47,285 bases of DNA, from the NCBI GenBank assembly GCA_050258015.1, contig JBLMXZ010000093.1:1-47285 (forward strand), read 5' to 3'. The notes beneath the pieces are model-generated. The model was not told the origin of the DNA. It was given only the letters and a program-made list of their open reading frames with translations, and did no database searches. A program made the translations under genes and the position numbers. The stretch comes from Deltaproteobacteria bacterium (GTDB taxonomy: Bacteria > Omnitrophota > Gorgyraeia > Velamenicoccales > Velamenicoccaceae). This document shows positions 40,263 through 47,285 of the stretch, piece by piece (positions within the stretch are counted from its first letter, which is position 1; each line of letters begins with the position of its first letter).

Positions 40263-41870
40263 TCACGTACCCTCCAGCTCCATAGCCGGCGCCGCCCCGG
40301 CCACGCCCACGATATCCGGCAAGACGACGACCATGGCAAAGATGAACCAGAACGGCTCCATAATACGGATGATGATGAAGGAAGCCGCGGAAAAGGCGTG
40401 GATAAGAATACCGAAGTATCCCGCCAGAAAGCCGGCGGCGATGCTGTAGGCAAACGGGTGATGCGCGACCTGCCGGCTCGTATGCCGGGCCATAAGGTAT
40501 ATCCGCCGCAACAGGAAAAGAAAAGCCCACAACCCCAAAAGCCCCACCTCTATCATCACGCGCGTGTACTGGTTGTCGACGACCGAGCCGCCGGGGATAC
40601 CGTGCCCCAGCACGGGTCTCTCGAGGACCTTGCGCCATCCCACCTTCCACGATTCGATGCGCGCGGCGCCGGACTTGTCTATCGTCACCTCGCGGCCGGC
40701 GACCTTGTATGTCTGGCCCGAGGCAAAGGTCGCCCGGACGCGCTTGCGCACGGAGGCCGGCGCGATCAGGGGCGCCGCGACCGTGAGCGCCACCAGGCAA
40801 AAGACCAGGATAAGCCTGTTGCGGCGCGCGAAATGAACCAGGGCCACGCACATGACGATGAACCCCAGCCAGCCGCCCCGCGAAAGCGTAAAGAGCAACG
40901 CCAGCCCGGCCACCGCCAGCAGGACCTGCAGACGAGTCTTGTAGCGGGGCAGGCCGTTGTGCATCAGAAGGCTGATGACCAAAGCCAGCATGAGGATCAG
41001 ATAGCCGGCCAGCGTATTCGCCTCACCGCCCTCGCCCTCGAACGGCGCCGTGGCCCGCATCCCCATGACGAAATACGAATACAGGGCGTAACAGCTGACC
41101 AAAAAACAGGTAAAGAAAATCAGGAGCAGGAAAGAACGCACCTGCCGCATCTCGTTGATGTTGTTGACCACGAGAAAATACAGAAGGAAATACTCGAAAT
41201 ATTTTAGAAAGTAAAAGAAGGAGCGCAGGATGCTGCCTTCCCCGCCGATCAGCATGATGGCGGTGGAGACCACGCAGACAAAGGCGTAGACGAGGATGGG
41301 GCCGTTCAAGGCCGTGCGCTTCAGGACGCCGAGCTCCTTAAAGACCGCGAGCTTGGCCAGCCACCCCATAAAGATGACGATCAGCAGGATGTCGTCCAGG
41401 CGGATCGTGATGGCCCTGTCCGATATAGAGCCCAGGTCGATCTCGGGGGACAACAGCATCGAGACGATGAGCACGGCCAGCGCGAAATCCGTCCGCATGA
41501 AGGCGAGGACGAACATCACGAACGCCAGGAAGATATAGAAGAAGTAGTCGGCGGCGAAGGAGCCGAGGCGGCCGATGTTGAGGCCGAAGAGGGCGGCGAC
41601 GACGATGAACAGGACGAGCAAGACCGTCGAGGCCTGTCCCGAAAGGGACGCCTTCGGCAGTCCGCAGGACGCCTTCGGCAGTCTGCAGGACGCCTTCGGC
41701 AGTCCGCAGGACGCCTTCGGCAGTCCGCAGGACGCCTTCGGCAGGACACGCAAGCCCGCCGCAAGGCCGGACAGGAAAGACCCCATGCCTGCGGGCCTTC
41801 CTAAAACCCAAAGGGAGTCACGCCGGGTGACTCCCTGTTGTCCCGTTCCTTTTTCCTGTGGCATCCGCAT
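40263..41870 (-). CDS. O-antigen ligase/polymerase-like (Wzy_C-type) membrane protein with an N-terminal heptapeptide-repeat tract
   Basis: Polytopic protein. LFTLSRGGWLGF is the typical Wzy_C block, and a large loop follows it. The true start is uncertain (M1 at 41870 or M29). The repeat tract lies upstream of the first TM. Confidence 0.75.
   Translation of the reverse strand: MRMPQEKGTGQQGVTRRDSLWVLGRPAGMGSFLSGLAAGLRVLPKASCGLPKASCGLPKASCRLPKASCGLPKASLSGQASTVLLVLFIVVAALFGLNIGRLGSFAADYFFYIFLAFVMFVLAFMRTDFALAVLIVSMLLSPEIDLGSISDRAITIRLDDILLIVIFMGWLAKLAVFKELGVLKRTALNGPILVYAFVCVVSTAIMLIGGEGSILRSFFYFLKYFEYFLLYFLVVNNINEMRQVRSFLLLIFFTCFLVSCYALYSYFVMGMRATAPFEGEGGEANTLAGYLILMLALVISLLMHNGLPRYKTRLQVLLAVAGLALLFTLSRGGWLGFIVMCVALVHFARRNRLILVFCLVALTVAAPLIAPASVRKRVRATFASGQTYKVAGREVTIDKSGAARIESWKVGWRKVLERPVLGHGIPGGSVVDNQYTRVMIEVGLLGLWAFLFLLRRIYLMARHTSRQVAHHPFAYSIAAGFLAGYFGILIHAFSAASFIIIRIMEPFWFIFAMVVVLPDIVGVAGAAPAMELEGT
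41647..41745 (-). repeat. 4.7 copies of a 21-nt in-frame tandem repeat encoding (LPKASCG)n
   Basis: gacgccttcggcagtccgcag x4 (one copy has c>t) plus a 15-nt partial copy. Reads LPKASCGLPKASCGLPKASCRLPKASCGLPKAS on the minus strand. Confidence 0.9.
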
Positions 41871-41893
41871 CGGGCCCGCCGGCGCCGTCCCCT

Positions 41894-43828
41894 TTACGCT
41901 TCCTGGTCCTCGGGCTTCTCTTTCTTATAACGGTATTTATATTTGTAGTAATAGGGATACGTCAGCATCGTGTATTCGATCTGGGAGCGGATATTGTTGA
42001 GGATGACGCCCGTGATACGGCCGCCCGTAGCCTCCACCTGGACCTTGGCCCGCATCAATGCCTGGCGCGCGGTCTTGCCGATCTCGTAAACGAGCAGGAC
42101 ATTGTCCACGAGCGGCGCGATGATGCTCGCGTCCGCGATGGGAAGGACCGGCGGGGAATCGATCAGGATAAGGTCGAAGTCCTTCTTCGCCTGCTCGAGC
42201 AGGTCCTGGAAACGCTTCGACGTCAGGACGGCCGCCGGATTGGATGGGATATCCCCGCTCGTGATGATAAAGGTATTCTCGATACCCGGGAATTTGAGGA
42301 CTTCATCGAGACCCAGGTCGCCCAGCGCCATGTCCGAGACGCCCTTGATGAGGCCGCGGTAATCCAGGAGCCCCTCAAGATATTCGCGCAGGCCGTTCTC
42401 GCGCTTCAGGCCGAACGCGCGCGCGACGGCCGGCCGGCGCAGGTCCGCCGAAATGAGCAAGGTCCGCAGTCCGCTCTGGGCGCAGATAAGCCCCAGATTG
42501 ATGAGAATGGTGGTCTTGCCTTCCGCGGGACCCGCGCTCGTGACAAGGAAGACCTTCTTGTAGTCGGGGTTGATCTTAAGGTTCGCCTGGATATTGCGGA
42601 ACGACTCCGCGGCCACCGAATTGGGCTTATGGTGCACGAAGAGCCGCACGTAAAGGTTCATCTCGCGCTTCTGCTGGGTCCGCGCGGTGATCGGATGGAT
42701 GACGTCCTTGATGGTCTGCAGAAAACCGCGCTGCGCCTCGTCCGCGATCTCCGCCTTGATGGAGGGCACGACGCCGAGGACAGGCAGTTTGAGGATGTTC
42801 TCCACGTCCTCTATGGTGCCCATGGAAGGATCGATGGTCTCGAAGAAAAAGGCGAGCGCCACGCCCACGACGAGCCCCAGGACGGCGCCGATCAAAAGGA
42901 CCATCACCTTGTTGGGCTCCACCGGCGCCGTCGACAGGACCGCCGGATCGACGATCGAGATGTCGCTGACCTTCTGGGCCTCGGTGATGCGCGCCTCCTC
43001 GAGCTTCTCCTTCAGGATGCCGTAAAGCTTCTTGTTCGCCTCGACCTCGCGCTGGATGCGGCCGTATTCCAGCTCATCCGTCGAGAAATCCCCGATCTGG
43101 GACTCCAGCTCCTTGATCTGCTGGCGCATCTGGATGATCTTGGGGTGTTTCTCGGTGTACTTCTGCAGGAGCGCGCTCAACTCGAACTGCAGGTCCATGA
43201 TCTTCTTCTGGATGGGCTCGGCCAGGCGGATCTGGTCGGCCCGGTCGCCGAACTCCCGCAGCTTGTCCTCGGCGACGGCCAGGCGCCCCTCCAGCTCCTT
43301 GAGCTGATCGGAAATGAACTCCCGCGCCGCGCGGGCCTGCTTGGTCTTCTCCAGGAGGTTCTGCTGGATATACACCTGGGCGGCCGCGTTGGCGACATCC
43401 ATCGCCCGGCGGGCATCGGTATTGCGCACGTTGATGCGGATGATGTTCGTGTTCTCGACCTTTTTCGTCTCGACCTGGCGCTGAAGGTCCGCGACGATGC
43501 GGTTGGCCTCGTCCGGCGCCGTGGCCGGCGTTATCAACCCCAGTTGGCGCGCCACCCCGTCCATCACCGGGAAACCCCGGATGATCTTGGTCTCGCTTTC
43601 CATGATGTCTTCGGGGTTATAGACGATCCACTCGGTAAGGAGGCCCGCGATACTCTTGCGCTCCTCGATCTTGATGGAGCTGGAAGCCTCGTAGATGTAG
43701 GGCTGTTTGGAGACGTTCTCGAAGGTGGTCAGGAAGATGACGGCAAAGGAGCCCGCGATGAGGAGCTTGCGCTTGAGGAAGATCCTCAAATAATCCTGCA
43801 GGTTCAGCTCATATTGCATGGCGCTCAA
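41894..43828 (-). CDS. Polysaccharide co-polymerase (Wzz/chain-length domain) fused to BY-kinase (Wzc/EpsG-like tyrosine autokinase)
   Basis: Walker A SAGPAEGKTT, A' LLISADLRRP, Walker B LILIDSPPV. C-terminal Tyr cluster TYPYYYKYKYRYKKE. N-terminal TM plus a coiled-coil periplasmic region. Confidence 0.85.
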   Translation of the reverse strand: MSAMQYELNLQDYLRIFLKRKLLIAGSFAVIFLTTFENVSKQPYIYEASSSIKIEERKSIAGLLTEWIVYNPEDIMESETKIIRGFPVMDGVARQLGLITPATAPDEANRIVADLQRQVETKKVENTNIIRINVRNTDARRAMDVANAAAQVYIQQNLLEKTKQARAAREFISDQLKELEGRLAVAEDKLREFGDRADQIRLAEPIQKKIMDLQFELSALLQKYTEKHPKIIQMRQQIKELESQIGDFSTDELEYGRIQREVEANKKLYGILKEKLEEARITEAQKVSDISIVDPAVLSTAPVEPNKVMVLLIGAVLGLVVGVALAFFFETIDPSMGTIEDVENILKLPVLGVVPSIKAEIADEAQRGFLQTIKDVIHPITARTQQKREMNLYVRLFVHHKPNSVAAESFRNIQANLKINPDYKKVFLVTSAGPAEGKTTILINLGLICAQSGLRTLLISADLRRPAVARAFGLKRENGLREYLEGLLDYRGLIKGVSDMALGDLGLDEVLKFPGIENTFIITSGDIPSNPAAVLTSKRFQDLLEQAKKDFDLILIDSPPVLPIADASIIAPLVDNVLLVYEIGKTARQALMRAKVQVEATGGRITGVILNNIRSQIEYTMLTYPYYYKYKYRYKKEKPEDQEA

Positions 43829-43882
43829 GGCGGTCCGTCCTTATGTTGAGGCAGGCGCGGATATGGCGTAACTCTTTGATTT

Positions 43883-43911
43883 ATTAAAACATAAAAGCAA
43901 TTGCCATTCAA
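43883..43911 (-). promoter_or_regulatory. Candidate sigma70-like promoter of the long glycan operon, in the AT-rich divergent region
   Basis: Minus strand TTGAAT (43906-43911), 17 nt, TTTAAT (43883-43888). Confidence 0.35.
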
Positions 43912-44051
43912 CAAAAACTTGAGCCTTCAGGGGCCTTTTTGCCGTTACCCGGCATGCATAACGGCAGCCTTCACAAGCCCGCCGCACCAGGGGATCCCGG
44001 CAATGGGATTGAAGGAATGCCCCGGCCGTGTTACGATGGCGTGAAGCGCTT

Positions 44052-45755
44052 ATGGACACCTTCCCCTTTATCGGCATCGGACGGATCTCCAAGACCTTCA
44101 GGCCGGCACCGGCCTTGCGACGGATGCTCCTGCGCCCGTGGGACAGGCCGGCGCCTGTCCGCGCCCTCGCGGACGTCAGCCTGGACGTGGAGCGCGGCCG
44201 CGCGGTCGCCCTCCTGGGGCCCAACGGCGCCGGCAAGACGACGCTCTTGAAGATCTGCGCGACCCTCATCCTTCCGGACGCCGGCCTGGTCACGATCGAC
44301 GGCCTGCGGGTCGGCCGCGACGATGAAAGGATCAAACAGCGCCTGGGCCTGGTGACCTGCCAGGAAAGAAGCTTCTATTGGCGCCTGACGGGCCGCGAGA
44401 ACCTCCTCTTTTTTGCGGCGCTCCAGGGCCTCGACAGGACGCGGGCGCGCCGGCGCGTCGAGGAGCTGTGCGCCCTCTTTGATGTCCGTTACGCGGACCG
44501 GCGCTTTGATACCTACTCCGCCGGCATGAAGCAGCGCTTCTCTCTCATGCGCGGCCTGCTGGCCGACCCTGGGCTCCTTCTCCTGGACGAGCCCTTTCAG
44601 AGCCTGGACTTCGCCTCGGCAATACAGCTGCGGACATTCTGCCGCGACGTCCTCGTTCAAAAAGAAGGCAAGACGCTCCTTTTCGCCACGCACCAGGTCG
44701 GCGAGGCCGCGGACCTGTGCACGCGTTTCGTCATTTTGAACGAAGGCCGGCTCCGGGCATCGGGCACGCTCGACGACGTGCGCGCGGCCGCGGCCGCTCC
44801 TGCGGCGACGCTCGCCGAGGCCTACCTCAAGCTGACGGCCCCACAGACCCTCCCGCCTGAACGCGTTGAAAGAATTCCGCGGCAGGCCTGCGCCGCGGGG
44901 ACCGGGACCGATCGCACGGCGGACAAAGACCCCTTCAGGACAAGGTCCGCGGTCGCAAAGGCCCTGGCCTTCCTTAAAAAAGACTTCCTCGTCGAATCAA
45001 GCTACAAGCTCGCCTTCCTCTTCAACGCGTTCTCGGTCCTGGCGAACGTCCTCGTGTATTATTTCATCGACAAACTCTTCGGCAACCGCCTGGCGCCGCA
45101 CCTGGAGGCCTTCGGCGCCTCCTACTTTTCCTATGTCCTGCTGGGGCTCGCCTTCTTCAGCTACGCGGGAACGGGGCTGGGCTCCTTCGCGCACCGCCTG
45201 CGCGCCGAGCAGGTGGGCGGCACGCTCGAGGCCGTGCTCGTGACCCCCACCCCGCCGGCAACGCTGCTGCTCTCGCTGTGCCTGTGGAACTTCTGCGTGG
45301 CGACCTTCGACCTTCTCGTGTATCTGGCGCTCGGCGCCTTCCTCTTCCATATCGGCTTCGGCAACGTCAATCTGCCGGCGGCCCTCCTCGTCTTCTTCCT
45401 GACCGCCGTCTCCTTCAGCGGATTGGGGATCCTCTCGGCGAGCTTCATCCTCGTGCTCAAGCGCGGCAACCCGGTCAGCTGGGTCGTCAGCACCCTTGAA
45501 GGCCTGCTCGGCGGGGTTTATTTTCCCGTGAGCGTCCTTCCGGGATGGCTGCAGGCCGTCAGCCGCTGCCTGCCCATCACCTATGCCATACGCGCCATCC
45601 AGCTCTCCGTCTACAAGGGTTACGGTATCGGCCAGCTCACCTCCGAGATCGGTGTCCTGCTCGCCTTCTCCCTCCTGCTCGCTCCCCTGGGCCTGTTCGT
45701 CTTCCGCTCGGCCCTCACCCGCAGCCGGGTCAACGGCTCGCTGGCCCAATATTAA
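44052..45755 (+). CDS. Fused ABC transporter: N-terminal ATPase plus C-terminal ABC-2-type permease (Wzt/Wzm-like exporter in one polypeptide)
   Basis: Walker A GPNGAGKTT, signature YSAGMKQRF, Walker B LLLLDEP. An Ala/Pro-rich linker follows, then a 6-TM ABC-2-like domain. ATG 44052 is preferred over GTG 44028. Confidence 0.8.
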   Translation: MDTFPFIGIGRISKTFRPAPALRRMLLRPWDRPAPVRALADVSLDVERGRAVALLGPNGAGKTTLLKICATLILPDAGLVTIDGLRVGRDDERIKQRLGLVTCQERSFYWRLTGRENLLFFAALQGLDRTRARRRVEELCALFDVRYADRRFDTYSAGMKQRFSLMRGLLADPGLLLLDEPFQSLDFASAIQLRTFCRDVLVQKEGKTLLFATHQVGEAADLCTRFVILNEGRLRASGTLDDVRAAAAAPAATLAEAYLKLTAPQTLPPERVERIPRQACAAGTGTDRTADKDPFRTRSAVAKALAFLKKDFLVESSYKLAFLFNAFSVLANVLVYYFIDKLFGNRLAPHLEAFGASYFSYVLLGLAFFSYAGTGLGSFAHRLRAEQVGGTLEAVLVTPTPPATLLLSLCLWNFCVATFDLLVYLALGAFLFHIGFGNVNLPAALLVFFLTAVSFSGLGILSASFILVLKRGNPVSWVVSTLEGLLGGVYFPVSVLPGWLQAVSRCLPITYAIRAIQLSVYKGYGIGQLTSEIGVLLAFSLLLAPLGLFVFRSALTRSRVNGSLAQY

Positions 45756-45766
45756 GGGAAAAGCTA

Positions 45767-45864
45767 TTCGATGTCCGAGATCCGACATCCGAAATCCGAA
45801 ACAACAAACAGCATCCGCGATACCAGGGTTTCGGACATCGGAAAACGGACTTCGGACCTCGGGG
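45767..45864. repeat. Heptamer-array hairpin element (type TCCGAAA/TTTCGGA) between convergent genes
   Basis: Left arm TTCGATGTCCGAGATCCGACATCCGAAATCCGAAAC (45767-45802). Right arm GTTTCGGACATCGGAAAACGGACTTCGGACCTCGGGG (45828-45864). Same family as 27726-27815. Confidence 0.7.
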
Positions 45865-45924
45865 CAAAAACAACAGTTTGTAAGGCTGGAAGGCCTGGTC
45901 TTTTTGTCTCACGCTGCCCGCTGA

Positions 45925-47055
45925 TCACGAGGCAAAGAGACGGTGGAGGTAGTCGGAAGGCCTGATGCGGGCGGGGTCTTTCTGGCGCACGACGGCCATG
46001 TCGCGGCGGGGAACAAAGATATTCTCGAAGAGGAAACGGAGGCGATCGACAAGACCCGGCTGCATGCCGAGGAGCGCCCAGCGCAGCCGGCCGAAGAGAC
46101 CTGCCGGCCGGCGGCACAGGGCGGCGGTGATAAAGACGCGCTCGAAATAACTGATATGCCCGGGCTTAAGACGCTCGTGAACGAAAGACGGGATATCGTC
46201 GACGGGAAAACCCCAGCCCGCAAGCACGGTCAGGGCGTGATGGACGTAACGCTGCCAGCCGCACTCATGGGCGCGCGCCACTACCTGCTGCCAGAAGGAA
46301 ACATCCCTGCCGCGGCGCACGGCATCCAGGTCAAAGATGAGGATGAGCGGCGTGAAACCGTGCCCGAAGGCGTGCAAGCACAGGTAGACAAAAGTATCCG
46401 CGGGACAAAGCGTGCGCACGCGGCAACCGCAGACTTGCGCTCCTTCGGCCGCGCCCCATATTTTTTCCATCGGCACGTTGTCGAGGGAGCGGCGCGGCCC
46501 CAGGTAAAGGTTGACAAGGTGCCAATACAGATGAACGATGGCGCCCTGCGGCTCGTGGTAGAGCAGGCTGTTGTGGTACGGGTTGAGGCGCGCGACCGCC
46601 GTTTCCGGAAGTCCGCATGAATACCCTAGATCGGCGAGGAGACGATGGGCCCGCGCCAGGTCAAGCGGACGGACCAGGATATCGACGTCCGTCATCGGCC
46701 GCACGCCGGGATCCTGATAAACGGTCTCGGCCAGAACGGGCCCTTTAAAGACGATGAAATCGACGGCCCCCTCCTCCAGCTTCCGGAATACCTGCTGGAA
46801 GAGATACGACTGGCGCAGGTAACGGGCGGTCGTCGCCCGATAGGTGTCCTCAAAAGCGCGGACCGTTTCATCCCGGCCACCGCGGAGAGAACGGGACAAC
46901 AAGGACGCCGTGCGCTCGCGAAGGGCCGCCCGGAAAAATTCCCGGCCGTCGCGATCCCGGTGTCCTTCGGCCTGGCCTTGGCCCTCTCCCCGGCCCGCGA
47001 GCGCGACCATACGCTCATTGTAACGCCTGCGTAAAAAAATCTCGGAAGGCGTCAT
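45925..47055 (-). CDS. Uncharacterised nucleotidyltransferase-family protein (NTP_transf_5-like)
   Basis: FIVFKGPVLAETVYQDPGVRPMTDVDILV matches the KG...R...D-hD-hLV block of that family. ATG 47055 overlaps the upstream stop as ATGA. Confidence 0.65.
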   Translation of the reverse strand: MTPSEIFLRRRYNERMVALAGRGEGQGQAEGHRDRDGREFFRAALRERTASLLSRSLRGGRDETVRAFEDTYRATTARYLRQSYLFQQVFRKLEEGAVDFIVFKGPVLAETVYQDPGVRPMTDVDILVRPLDLARAHRLLADLGYSCGLPETAVARLNPYHNSLLYHEPQGAIVHLYWHLVNLYLGPRRSLDNVPMEKIWGAAEGAQVCGCRVRTLCPADTFVYLCLHAFGHGFTPLILIFDLDAVRRGRDVSFWQQVVARAHECGWQRYVHHALTVLAGWGFPVDDIPSFVHERLKPGHISYFERVFITAALCRRPAGLFGRLRWALLGMQPGLVDRLRFLFENIFVPRRDMAVVRQKDPARIRPSDYLHRLFAS

Positions 47056-47285
47056 AGGGCCTTCTCCAGCACGACCCGCCAACGGCCCGTCTCTTGCGCT
47101 TCCCGCGCGCAAGAGCGTTCCCATCGCTTATCGGGACAGGAAACAAACACAAGAGAACGGTAAAAATTTACGAGGCGCGGCCTGTCCGCAAAAACATGGA
47201 GCCGCACTCCGCGGGCGCCGCGCTGCCGCGCCAGGACGCACGCCGCCTCCACCAGACGCCGCCCAATGCCGCAGCTACGCCACAG
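47052..47285 (-). CDS. GNAT-family N-acetyltransferase, C-terminal fragment (5' end beyond the right edge)
   Basis: The frame is open to base 47285. LWRSCGIGRRLVEAACVLARQRGARGVRLHVFADRPRLVNFYRSL is GNAT motif A/B-like. Confidence 0.65.
   Translation of the reverse strand: MWRSCGIGRRLVEAACVLARQRGARGVRLHVFADRPRLVNFYRSLVFVSCPDKRWERSCAREAQETGRWRVVLEKAL

Noticed and set aside
41647-41745. LPKASCG repeats as lipoprotein lipoboxes
   Set aside because: The -3 position is Lys rather than Leu/Val/Ile, and no signal peptide precedes the tract. The tract lies before a polytopic membrane domain.
20181-43849. Long + strand ORFs antisense to the glycan operon (e.g. 20181..21269, 25188..26357, 29767..31824, 31900..33693, 34056..35024, 35782..37140, 41858..43849)
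   Set aside because: Same shadow-ORF composition. Each is fully covered by a minus-strand gene with clear family motifs.

Overview
GC-rich bacterial window, almost entirely transcribed on the minus strand. The source organism cannot be determined from the sequence. (1) Bases 1-17727 are one uninterrupted minus-strand reading frame that the supplied ORF track does not list, because it has no stop inside the window. It encodes the first 5,909 codons of a giant exported protein: signal peptide, a ~330-aa head, about 49 tandem ~95-aa Ig-like beta-sandwich repeats, then a PEGA-like segment and coiled-coil region. The C-terminus lies off-window. (2) This gene is the last cistron of a compact unit. 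The unit has a complex leader (phased 11-bp repeats, sigma70-like promoter, a candidate c-di-GMP-I-like riboswitch with a canonical intrinsic terminator, twin palindromes). The leader is followed by a membrane-anchored protein with a RAYT/IS200-like HUH-Tyr domain, then a small secreted protein, then the giant gene. (3) Bases ~19.9-43.8 kb are one long minus-strand glycan/EPS operon. It encodes a WecA/MraY-type initiating transferase, PIG-L deacetylase, ExeA-like ATPase, WbqC, radical SAM/SPASM plus DegT aminotransferase, four SAM methyltransferases (one fused to a kinase, WbdD-like), a GT4, a CgeB-like transferase, a GT4-GT9 fusion, a GT9, an LbH acyltransferase, a Wzx flippase, a Wzy/O-antigen-ligase-like protein and a PCP/BY-kinase. 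A fused ABC ATPase/ABC-2 permease is transcribed divergently. A nucleotidyltransferase-family gene and a GNAT fragment converge at the right edge. (4) Several intercistronic gaps carry an unusual class of hairpin elements built from tandem 7-8-nt repeats with an inverted array as the second arm. No rRNA, tRNA or CRISPR array was seen. All coordinates, repeat counts and motif calls were made by eye or hand translation, and all family assignments are from remembered motifs, not searches.
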